NCBI RefSeq assembly: GCF_000006765.1
Contig: NC_002516.2
Length of the DNA: 64,000 nt
Source: Pseudomonas aeruginosa PAO1
GTDB lineage: Bacteria; Pseudomonadota; Gammaproteobacteria; Pseudomonadales; Pseudomonadaceae
Strand: one strand, 5' to 3'
Below the pieces are notes generated by a model that ran no database searches, was not told where the DNA came from, and saw only the letters and a list, made by a program, of their open reading frames with translations. Both the position numbers and the translations under genes were made by a program. Numbering within the stretch: position 1 is the first letter of the stretch; every line of letters starts with the position of its first letter. This document shows, in pieces, positions 17,904 through 26,281 of the stretch.

Positions 17904-18467
17904 ATGAGCGCGAAGCTGCAAGGCAAGAACGTCCTGGTCATCACCGCCAACACCGGCATCGAGCGCGACGAGCTGCTCGAACCGCTGAAGACCCTGAAGC
18001 AACAGGGCGCCACGGTCACCCACGCGACCATCGAGGGCGGCGAAGCGCAGACCTGGGTGCACGACAGCGAGAAGGACCTGATCGTCAATTCCGACGCCAG
18101 GCTGCAAGGCCTGCGCGCCGAGGACTACGACTTGCTGCTGGTCCCCGGCGGCACGGTGAATGCCGACACCCTACGCCAGGACAGCGAGGCCCGGCGCCTG
18201 GTCAGGGAATTCAGCGAAGCAGGCAAGACGGTCGCCGCCATCTGCCACGGCCCCTGGCTGCTGATCGACGCCGGTGTCGCCCGCGGCAAGACCCTGACCT
18301 CCTATTCCAGCGTGCGTATCGACCTGACCAACGCCGGCGCGGACTGGGTCGACACGCGGGTGAAAGTCTGCCCGGCGAACGGCTGGACCCTGATCACCTC
18401 GCGCAACCCGGGTGACTTGCAGGCGTTCAACGAAGCCATCGGCGAAGCCCTGCAGGCGGCCGCCTGA
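17904..18467 (+). CDS. PfpI/DJ-1-family protein (type 1 glutamine amidotransferase-like; glyoxalase III/deglycase)
   Basis: LLVPGG, AAICHGPW nucleophile elbow, ITSRNPGDL. AGGAG RBS. Confidence 0.88.
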   Translation: MSAKLQGKNVLVITANTGIERDELLEPLKTLKQQGATVTHATIEGGEAQTWVHDSEKDLIVNSDARLQGLRAEDYDLLLVPGGTVNADTLRQDSEARRLVREFSEAGKTVAAICHGPWLLIDAGVARGKTLTSYSSVRIDLTNAGADWVDTRVKVCPANGWTLITSRNPGDLQAFNEAIGEALQAAA

Positions 18468-18489
18468 TCGTCATTCGCGGAGGCGACCG

Positions 18490-19290
18490 GTGGACACCCT
18501 GAAGATCGCCACCTTCAACGTCAACGGCATCCAGACCCGGCTGGCCGCGCTGCTGGCCTGGCTGGAGCGGGAAGCGCCGGACATCGTCTGCCTGCAGGAA
18601 CTGAAAACGCCCGACGCGCGCTTCCCCGCCGCGGCGCTGGAGAAGGCCGGATACGGCGCGATCTGGCAGGGCCAGTCGGCGTGGAACGGCGTCGCCATCC
18701 TCGCCCGCGACAGCCAGCCGCTGGAGGTACGCCGCGGCCTGCCGGGCAACGCCAGCGATCCCCACAGCCGCTACCTCGAAGCGGCCGTCGACGGCCTGCT
18801 GGTGGCCAGCCTGTACCTGCCCAATGGCAATCCCCAGCCGGGACCGAAGTTCGACTACAAGCTGGCCTGGTTCGAGCACCTCATCCGACACGCCGCCGAG
18901 CTGATGGAGAGCGGCCATCCGGTGGTGCTGGCCGGCGACTTCAACGTGGTGCCCAGCGACTTCGATATCTACGACACCCGCTCCTGGAAAAAGGACGCCC
19001 TGCTCCAGCCGGAGTCCCGCGAGTGCTTCGAGCGCCTCCTGCGGCAGGGCTGGGTGGACGCGCTACGCCAGCGTTTCCCCGACCGGCGCCTCTATACCTT
19101 CTGGGACTACTTCCGCCAGCACTGGCAACGCGACGCCGGGCTGCGCATCGACCACCTGCTGCTCAGCGCCAGCCTGGCGGACCACCTGGAAGACGCCGGG
19201 GTGGATCGCTGGGTGCGCGGCGAGGAGCACGCCAGCGACCACGCGCCGGCCTGGGTAAGCCTGCGGCGTCCCTCAGAGCCCCGGCGCTAG
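18490..19290 (+). CDS. Exodeoxyribonuclease III (Xth family)
   Basis: KIATFNVNG, VCLQELK, YLPNG, GDFNV, GLRIDHLL, SDHAP. GTG start. Confidence 0.9.
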   Translation: MDTLKIATFNVNGIQTRLAALLAWLEREAPDIVCLQELKTPDARFPAAALEKAGYGAIWQGQSAWNGVAILARDSQPLEVRRGLPGNASDPHSRYLEAAVDGLLVASLYLPNGNPQPGPKFDYKLAWFEHLIRHAAELMESGHPVVLAGDFNVVPSDFDIYDTRSWKKDALLQPESRECFERLLRQGWVDALRQRFPDRRLYTFWDYFRQHWQRDAGLRIDHLLLSASLADHLEDAGVDRWVRGEEHASDHAPAWVSLRRPSEPRR

Positions 19291-19321
19291 CCGAGCTGGC
19301 CCCGGCACTGCGCATCGGCTC

Positions 19322-19720
19322 TCACCGCCCCTCCGGCAACCTCGCGACCACCTTGATCTCGAAGCTGAAGCCATACAGCCAGTTCACCCCCACCGCCGTC
19401 AGCGTGGGGTACGGCGCCTCGCCCCAGTACTCCGGGACGATCTTCCAGATGCGCTCGAAGTTGGCCTCGGCGTCGACCATGAACACGGTGACGTCGAGCA
19501 CATCGTCGAACCCGCAACCGGCCGCGGCGAGCACCGCATTCAGATTGTCGAAGGCGCGGCGGACCTGGGTCTCCAGCTCGGGTTCGGGAGAGCCGTCGTC
19601 GCGGCTGCCGACCTGGCCGGAGACGAACAGCAGGCCGTCGCTGCGGACCGCCGGGGAATAGCGGTTGCGCTCGTAGAGGGCCTGGCGGCCGGCGGGGAAA
19701 ACCACGTCGCGTACAGTCAT
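19322..19720 (-). CDS. RidA/YjgF-family protein
   Basis: YSPAVRSDGLLFVSGQVG, FEIKVVA. Confidence 0.85.
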   Translation of the reverse strand: MTVRDVVFPAGRQALYERNRYSPAVRSDGLLFVSGQVGSRDDGSPEPELETQVRRAFDNLNAVLAAAGCGFDDVLDVTVFMVDAEANFERIWKIVPEYWGEAPYPTLTAVGVNWLYGFSFEIKVVARLPEGR

Positions 19721-19818
19721 GCGATACCTCCATCCTGGGGCTCCCGGCCCCGTCATCGTCGATGGAAGAACGGTAAGGTCGTGCGCGCCGTGGATAAACG
19801 CGCAACCCTGGCCATGAC

Positions 19819-19837
19819 TGTTTGTAGAATCCAAACA
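19819..19837. promoter_or_regulatory. LysR-type operator TGTTTG-N7-CAAACA
   Basis: Perfect inverted repeat containing T-N11-A, between the divergent RidA and LysR genes. Confidence 0.6.
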
Positions 19838-19860
19838 ATCCCCGACGACCCGGAGTCCCG

Positions 19861-20784
19861 ATGGACCGTTTCGATGCGATGCAGGCCTTTGCCCGTGTGG
19901 TGGATACCGGCAGCTTCACCAAGGCGGCGGAGACGCTGCACATGAGCCGCACCAGCGTCACCCAGTTGGTCCAGCAACTGGAAGCGCGGCTGCGGGTACG
20001 CCTGCTCAACCGCACCACGCGCAAGCTCAACCTGACCGCCGACGGCGCCGCCTACTACGAGCGGGTGGTACGTCTGCTGGCGGAACTGGACGATGCCGAG
20101 ACCAGCCTCTCCAGCGCCGCCCTGGCGCCCCGCGGGCGTCTCCGGATCGACGTACCGAGCCCGCTGGCGCGGCTGCTGCTGATCCCGGCGTTGCCCGAGT
20201 TCCATGCGCGCTATCCGGAGATCCAGATCGACCTGGGCGTGAGCGATCGGCTCGTCGACCTGATCGACGAGAACGTCGATTGCGTCATCCGCGGCGGCGA
20301 ACTGCGCGACCAGTCGCTGATGGCGCGGCGGGTCGGCGACCTGCAACTAGGGGTCTACGCGGCACCGGCCTACTTGCAGCGCGCCGGCGTGCCGAGCCAC
20401 CCGCGCGAACTGGAGGACAGCCACCAGCGTATCGTCGGCTTCCTCTGGGCGCGCACCGGCAAGGCCCTGCCCTACGCCATGCGCAGGGGCGAGGAATGCC
20501 TGCGGGTGGCGGGCCGTCATGTGCTGGCGGTGGACGACGGCAACGCCTACCTGGCGGCCGGGCTGGCCGGCCTGGGCATCCTCTGGCTGCCGCACTACAT
20601 GGCGCGCGAGCCCCTCGCCCGCGGCGAGCTGCTGCCGCTGTTCGAGGACTGGAGCCTGGAGCCGATGCCGCTGTACCTGGCGTTCCCGCCGAACCGCCAC
20701 GTCAGCGGCAAGCTGCGGGTGTTCATCGAGTGGGTCGCCGAACTGATCGCGCGGCATGCGCCGCCGTTGCATCCGCCGCTCTGA
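19861..20784 (+). CDS. LysR-family regulator (CrgA-like)
   Basis: FARVVDTGSFTKAA...LEARLRVRLLNRTTRKLNLT; CrgA-like effector domain. Confidence 0.92.
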   Translation: MDRFDAMQAFARVVDTGSFTKAAETLHMSRTSVTQLVQQLEARLRVRLLNRTTRKLNLTADGAAYYERVVRLLAELDDAETSLSSAALAPRGRLRIDVPSPLARLLLIPALPEFHARYPEIQIDLGVSDRLVDLIDENVDCVIRGGELRDQSLMARRVGDLQLGVYAAPAYLQRAGVPSHPRELEDSHQRIVGFLWARTGKALPYAMRRGEECLRVAGRHVLAVDDGNAYLAAGLAGLGILWLPHYMAREPLARGELLPLFEDWSLEPMPLYLAFPPNRHVSGKLRVFIEWVAELIARHAPPLHPPL

Positions 20785-21222
20785 AACAAGGGCGGCGGCG
20801 TATCCTGGAAAACCCTGGAGTAATGGTAAGCGGCCAGGGCTCTATATATGCCCCGCGATTATAGAGATGACTTATACGACCATAAGCCGGATATCCTGGA
20901 ATTCAACCAAGCCAACATCGGAACGGTTTCCGAGCGGTGAATGGAAGATTCACCCAGCCTTATATTCGGCAGTGGTCAAACCGGATAACTTGAAAATCAG
21001 GATTTCGTTAACCCGATCACATCGACAGCTGCACCAGTAAAGCACTCATGCACTACATCCTGCACCTCTCTGAAGCAAACCGAAGGCTCTGCAGAGCCAC
21101 TCCAGACCAAACTTTAGTTGGTAGAGAGAGCAATCCAACATCAATGGCAAGTGAAGGAAATAGCTATCTATTCTGCTATCCACAAACGCTTCTTCATATT
21201 TAATAGCTAGCAGAAACGAATA

Positions 21223-21246
21223 TAAAAAATATTTGAACGACTCCGT
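21223..21246 (+). promoter_or_regulatory. PvdS-type iron-starvation promoter TAAAA-N16-CGT upstream of piv
   Basis: Exact N16 spacing of the TAAAT-N16-CGT consensus with one mismatch; piv/prpL is known to be PvdS-regulated. Confidence 0.6.
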
Positions 21247-21318
21247 CACACCTGCATATCTTTCGCCACGCGAACGATTGAGGAAGTTGCCCTCCCAAAA
21301 AACTGAAGGAGTCGATTC

Positions 21319-22707
21319 ATGCATAAGAGAACGTACCTGAATGCATGCCTGGTTCTGGCGTTGGCTGCCGGCGCGAGCCAGGCCTTGGCGGCGCCCGGTG
21401 CGAGCGAAATGGCTGGCGACGTCGCCGTGCTCCAGGCCTCTCCGGCGAGCACCGGTCACGCCCGCTTCGCCAACCCCAACGCGGCGATCTCGGCGGCCGG
21501 CATCCACTTCGCCGCGCCCCCCGCCCGCCGCGTGGCCCGCGCCGCGCCGCTGGCGCCGAAACCGGGTACGCCGCTGCAAGTGGGCGTGGGCCTGAAAACG
21601 GCGACTCCGGAAATCGACCTGACAACCCTCGAATGGATCGACACTCCGGACGGGCGCCACACCGCGCGCTTCCCGATCAGCGCTGCGGGGGCCGCCAGCC
21701 TGCGCGCCGCGATTCGCCTGGAAACCCACAGCGGCTCGCTGCCCGACGACGTGCTGCTGCACTTCGCCGGCGCCGGCAAGGAAATCTTCGAGGCCAGCGG
21801 CAAGGACCTCTCGGTCAACCGTCCCTACTGGAGCCCGGTCATCGAGGGCGATACCCTGACCGTCGAACTGGTGCTGCCGGCCAACCTGCAACCGGGCGAC
21901 CTGCGCCTGTCGGTACCCCAGGTATCGTATTTCGCCGACTCCCTGTACAAGGCCGGCTACCGCGACGGCTTCGGCGCCAGCGGCAGCTGCGAGGTGGATG
22001 CGGTCTGCGCGACCCAGAGCGGCACACGGGCCTACGACAACGCCACCGCAGCGGTGGCGAAGATGGTCTTCACCAGCTCGGCGGACGGCGGCAGCTACAT
22101 CTGCACCGGCACCCTGCTGAACAACGGCAACTCGCCCAAGCGCCAGTTGTTCTGGTCGGCCGCGCACTGCATCGAGGACCAGGCCACCGCCGCGACGCTG
22201 CAGACCATCTGGTTCTACAACACCACCCAGTGCTACGGCGACGCCTCGACCATCAACCAGAGCGTCACCGTGCTGACCGGCGGGGCGAATATCCTGCACC
22301 GCGACGCGAAGCGCGACACCCTGCTGCTGGAACTCAAGCGCACTCCGCCGGCCGGCGTGTTCTACCAGGGCTGGAGCGCCACGCCGATCGCCAACGGCTC
22401 GCTCGGCCATGACATCCACCATCCGCGCGGCGACGCCAAGAAGTACTCGCAGGGCAACGTCTCGGCAGTGGGCGTCACCTACGACGGGCATACCGCCCTG
22501 ACCCGCGTCGACTGGCCGTCGGCGGTGGTCGAAGGCGGCTCGTCCGGCTCGGGCCTGCTGACCGTCGCCGGCGACGGCTCCTACCAGCTGCGCGGTGGCC
22601 TGTACGGCGGCCCCTCGTACTGCGGCGCGCCCACCTCACAGCGCAATGACTACTTCTCCGATTTCAGCGGCGTCTATTCGCAGATCTCCCGCTACTTCGC
22701 GCCCTGA
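21319..22707 (+). CDS. piv: Protease IV (lysyl endopeptidase, PrpL) preproenzyme
   Basis: 462 aa; signal peptide and propeptide; SAAHC (His), RDTLLL (Asp), GGSSGSG (Ser) chymotrypsin-type triad. Confidence 0.97.
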   Translation: MHKRTYLNACLVLALAAGASQALAAPGASEMAGDVAVLQASPASTGHARFANPNAAISAAGIHFAAPPARRVARAAPLAPKPGTPLQVGVGLKTATPEIDLTTLEWIDTPDGRHTARFPISAAGAASLRAAIRLETHSGSLPDDVLLHFAGAGKEIFEASGKDLSVNRPYWSPVIEGDTLTVELVLPANLQPGDLRLSVPQVSYFADSLYKAGYRDGFGASGSCEVDAVCATQSGTRAYDNATAAVAKMVFTSSADGGSYICTGTLLNNGNSPKRQLFWSAAHCIEDQATAATLQTIWFYNTTQCYGDASTINQSVTVLTGGANILHRDAKRDTLLLELKRTPPAGVFYQGWSATPIANGSLGHDIHHPRGDAKKYSQGNVSAVGVTYDGHTALTRVDWPSAVVEGGSSGSGLLTVAGDGSYQLRGGLYGGPSYCGAPTSQRNDYFSDFSGVYSQISRYFAP

Positions 22708-22734
22708 GGCCAGCCAGGCTATCGATCGCGCACC

Positions 22735-22994
22735 GGCGGATAACCGCGCAGCGGTTATTCGCCCTACGCCCGGATTGGCGCCTGGAAGTGCGGCTTCTTT
22801 CGTCGTCCGGGACAGGTAGGGCGCATAACGCCAACGGCGTTATCCGCCGTCTATCCCGCGCAATGGTTATTCGCCCCACGCCCGGATTGGCACCTGGAAG
22901 TGCGGCTTCTTTCGTCGTCCGGGACAGGTAGGGCGCATAACGCCAACGGTGTTATCCGCCGTTTATCCCGCGCAATGGTTATTCGCCCCACGCC
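22735..22994. repeat. REP/BIME-like array: two 112-bp tandem units plus a partial third
   Basis: Units start at 22753, 22865 and 22977. They contain inverted GTAGGGCGCATAAC / GTTATTCGCCC(T/C)AC REP halves, between convergent piv and ppiC2. Confidence 0.9.
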
Positions 22995-23037
22995 TGGATC
23001 GGCGCGTGGAAGAGGGGCGTTATGCGCCGCCGTACGT

Positions 23038-23319
23038 TCAGTCCTGGCGGCTGGTGACTTCCAGCAGGTGGTAGCCGAACTGGGTCTTCACCGGCCCCTG
23101 GACCACGTTCAGCGGCGCGCTGAAGACCACCTGGTCGAACTCGCGGACCATCTGGCCGGGGCCGAACGAGCCCAGGTTGCCGCCGTCGCGGCCGGAGGGG
23201 CAGGAGGAATGCTCGCGGGCGACTTCGGCGAAGTCGGCACCGCCTTCGATGGCGGTCTTCAGTTCGTTGCACTTGGCTTCGCTGGAAACCAGGATGTGGC
23301 GGGCAGTGGCTCGGGCCAT
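23038..23319 (-). CDS. ppiC2: Parvulin-type peptidyl-prolyl isomerase C
   Basis: ARHILV, FAEVAREHSSCPSGRDGGNLG, MVREFD, TQFGYHL. Confidence 0.93.
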   Translation of the reverse strand: MARATARHILVSSEAKCNELKTAIEGGADFAEVAREHSSCPSGRDGGNLGSFGPGQMVREFDQVVFSAPLNVVQGPVKTQFGYHLLEVTSRQD

Positions 23320-23461
23320 GGGGAAATACTCCTAGGGTGAAACGGCAGAGCCTAGCAGACATCGACGCCCGCACCGACAGCCCGCGACCGGAGGAGGCGC
23401 TCGACAAGCGTGGCGAGGGCTGCTTGACTCGCCGCCTTTGCGAATCCGGGAACGCCCTCCG

Positions 23462-23863
23462 ATGAGCCAGACCTTCCACGGCAGTTGCCTGTGCGGCGCG
23501 CTGCACTACCGACTGTCCTCGCCCCCGCGCGCACTCTCTCACTGCCACTGCGGCCAGTGTCGCAAGGCCCATGGCGCGGCATTCGCCAGCTATGGCAGCG
23601 TCCCCGTCGCGGACCTGCACATCGACCACGGCGCCGACCTGCTCGCCGCGTTCCGCTCCTCACCCGCCGTGCTCCGGCGCTTCTGCTCGCGCTGCGGCTC
23701 GCCGCTGTTCTGGTCGAGGAGCGAAGGCGAGTTCGCCGACTGGGTATCGGTCGCCCTCGGCAGCCTGGACACGCCCTTCCCGGCGGCGAAACAGAAGCAT
23801 GTCCAGGTCGCATCGATGGCCTGCTGGTGCAGGATCGCCGACGACTGGCCGCGTTTCGACTGA
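23462..23863 (+). CDS. GFA (glutathione-dependent formaldehyde-activating, Zn-binding) family protein
   Basis: GSCLCG, CHCGQCRK, FCSRCGSPL. Confidence 0.85.
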   Translation: MSQTFHGSCLCGALHYRLSSPPRALSHCHCGQCRKAHGAAFASYGSVPVADLHIDHGADLLAAFRSSPAVLRRFCSRCGSPLFWSRSEGEFADWVSVALGSLDTPFPAAKQKHVQVASMACWCRIADDWPRFD

Positions 23864-23962
23864 AGTCCGCCCGCGATCCGCCGGCCGGTGCCTGTTTTTT
23901 CGCCGGCAAGGCCCGGGCCTGGGGTACCATGCCGCGCCCTTCGCCGCCGGTCCTTGCCGCCC

Positions 23963-24706
23963 ATGTCCGCCACCGCGCTGTACACCGACCTGTCCCACTA
24001 TTACGACCTGATGTGCGCCGACATCGACTACCAGGCGCAGAGCCACTGCGTGCGTCGCCTGCACCAGTTGTTCGGCAACCAGGGCCGGCGGCACCTGGAC
24101 CTGGCCTGCGGTACCGGCCCTCACGTGCGGCACTTCCTCGATTTCGGCTATCGCAGCGCCGGCCTGGACATCAACCAGCCGATGCTCGACCTCGCCCGAC
24201 AGCGCTGCCCCGAAGCGCACTTCAGCCGGCAGGACATGGCCGGCTTCCAGGTGGACGAGCCGCTGGACCTGATCACCTGTTTCCTCTATTCGATCCACTA
24301 CAACGCAGGGCTGGAGCGCTTGCGCGCATGCCTGGCCAGCGTGCATGGCGCACTGGCGGATGGCGGCGTGTTCTGTTTCAACACGGTGGACAAGGGGCAG
24401 ATCGACAATCGCTCGTTCGTCCGCCATTCCGTGGAGCATCGAGGCAGCCGCTTCACCTTCGGTTCCGGCTGGTACTACAGCGGCGAGGGCGAGCGCCAGG
24501 CGCTGCGCCTCGGTATCGAGAAAACCACGGACGGAACGACCCAGACCTGGGAGGACGAACACCCCATGGTCGCCCTCGGCTTCGCCGAGCTGCAGCACCT
24601 GTTGCAGACGCATTTCGAGGTGCAGGTCTTCGAACACGACTACGAACGGATCACGCCCTGGGCCGGCAGCTCCGGGAATGCCCTGTTCGTCTGCGTGAAG
24701 CGCTAG
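23963..24706 (+). CDS. eftM: SAM-dependent EF-Tu lysine methyltransferase EftM
   Basis: Motif I LDLACGTG (Gly50 intact); 247 aa; recognised sequence and position. Confidence 0.82.
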   Translation: MSATALYTDLSHYYDLMCADIDYQAQSHCVRRLHQLFGNQGRRHLDLACGTGPHVRHFLDFGYRSAGLDINQPMLDLARQRCPEAHFSRQDMAGFQVDEPLDLITCFLYSIHYNAGLERLRACLASVHGALADGGVFCFNTVDKGQIDNRSFVRHSVEHRGSRFTFGSGWYYSGEGERQALRLGIEKTTDGTTQTWEDEHPMVALGFAELQHLLQTHFEVQVFEHDYERITPWAGSSGNALFVCVKR

Positions 24707-24943
24707 CCTCCGGAGATCCTGGCGCAAACGTGACGATCAGGCTGGCACGGGCGGGGCAGCGTTTCACAGGGGGCTGCGGAGGATTCTTCGTCGCTTTCGG
24801 CACGCTGCGTCCGACCCGCTAGAGGCCTGCCTGGCCGACGATCCGTGCGCGCCTTCTCGGCTAGACCAAGGTCGCAAAGACCCCGCCGGCCATCTGTGAC
24901 ACCTTCGCGCGCTTTTTTACCCCCCGCTGTCGAGAGTCACCGC

Positions 24944-26239
24944 ATGTCCTCCCCGTTTTCCCCCCGTTCGCCCCGCACCCTTCGCGGCCTGGGCGCCCTC
25001 GCCCTGTGCGGCGGATTCGTCGCCCCGGCCCCTGCCGCCTTCCTCGAGGACGGCAGCGCGCGCCTGGAAGCGCGCACCGTCTACTTCAACCGCGACTTCC
25101 GCGACGGCAGCTCGGCCAACCCGCAGGGCGCCTCCAAGCGCGAGGAAGCCGCGCAGGGCTTCATCCTCGACCTGCGCTCGGGCTATACCGAGGGCGCGCT
25201 GGGCTTCGGCGTGGATACCCTGGCGATGCTCGGGATCAAGCTCGACTCCAGCCCCGCGGACAGCAACAGCGGCCTGCTGCCTTCCAGCGGCCACGATCCG
25301 CGTCGCTCGGTCGACCAGTACGCCAAGGCCGGCGTTGCCGGCAAGATGCGCTTCTCGCAGACACAGTTCAGGTACGGGGCGATGCTGCCGGACATGCCGT
25401 TGCTGAAATACAACGACGGACGCCTGCTGCCGACCCTGTTCCACGGCGCCCAGCTGACCAGCGAGGAGATCGCCGGGCTCAGGTTCTCCGCCACCCGCCT
25501 GGAGCGCTACACCGCGCGGGACTCCAGCGACGCCCAGGACATCCGCCTGCACTGCAAGAACAAACGCTACGCCTGCGACACCACCGGCAACCGCTTCGAC
25601 GCCTACCAACTCGACTACCAGGTCAACGACGGCCTGCTGCTGCAATACGCCCAGGGCGGCCTGCGCAACGTCTATCGCCAGCGCTACCTCGGTGCCGTGG
25701 GCAAGCGGCAGGTCGGCGCCGGCAAGCTGAGCGCCGACCTGCGCTGGTTCGACAGCGAGGACGCCGGCGCGGCCCGCGCCGGCAAGATCGACAACCGCGC
25801 CCTCAGCCTGCTGCTCGCCTACGCCCAGGGCGGCCACACGCTCAGCGCCGGCTGGCAGCGGATGAACGGCGCCAGCTCGATGCCCTACCTCGACGGCAGC
25901 AATCCGTACCTGGCCAACTACCTGCAGGTGAACGACTTCGCCAACCCCGAGGAACGCTCCTGGCAACTGCGCTACGACTTCGACCTGCGCAGCGTCGGCG
26001 TGCCCGGCCTGAGCTTCATGACCCGCTACGTCAACGGCGACCATATCCGCCTGGCCAACGGCGACGAGGGCAAGGAATGGGAGCGCGACATCGAGCTGAA
26101 GTACATCGTGCAGAGCGGCCGCTTCAAGGACCTCAGCCTGCGCCTGCGCAACGCCACCTACCGCACCGACTTCGAGCGCTCGGCGCGCGACGTGGACGAG
26201 GTGCGCCTGATCGCCAGCTACAACCTGTCGCTGTTCTGA
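24944..26239 (+). CDS. opdN: OprD/Occ-family outer-membrane porin (OpdN/OccK10)
   Basis: YFNRDF, SGYTEG..GFGVD, NDGRLLP, ERSWQLRYD, LSFMTRYVNG, terminal aromatic residue. Paralog name assigned from recalled synteny. Confidence 0.75.
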   Translation: MSSPFSPRSPRTLRGLGALALCGGFVAPAPAAFLEDGSARLEARTVYFNRDFRDGSSANPQGASKREEAAQGFILDLRSGYTEGALGFGVDTLAMLGIKLDSSPADSNSGLLPSSGHDPRRSVDQYAKAGVAGKMRFSQTQFRYGAMLPDMPLLKYNDGRLLPTLFHGAQLTSEEIAGLRFSATRLERYTARDSSDAQDIRLHCKNKRYACDTTGNRFDAYQLDYQVNDGLLLQYAQGGLRNVYRQRYLGAVGKRQVGAGKLSADLRWFDSEDAGAARAGKIDNRALSLLLAYAQGGHTLSAGWQRMNGASSMPYLDGSNPYLANYLQVNDFANPEERSWQLRYDFDLRSVGVPGLSFMTRYVNGDHIRLANGDEGKEWERDIELKYIVQSGRFKDLSLRLRNATYRTDFERSARDVDEVRLIASYNLSLF

Positions 26240-26241
26240 GC

Positions 26242-26271
26242 CGTCGCGCCGGAACGCACGCCGGCGCGACG
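26242..26271. terminator. Hairpin between convergent porin and ALS genes
   Basis: CGTCGCGCCGG / CCGGCGCGACG 11-bp stem, 8-nt loop. Confidence 0.6.
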
Positions 26272-26281
26272 CTCCGGCGGT

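Noticed and set aside
21067-21130. las/rhl box upstream of piv
   Set aside because: Only a bare CT-N12-AG with poor internal similarity to known boxes; expected by chance.
22735-22994. Possible CRISPR array or IS ends
   Set aside because: Units are near-identical over their full length with no unique spacers, there are no cas or transposase genes, and the sequence matches REP copies at 49885 and 55450.
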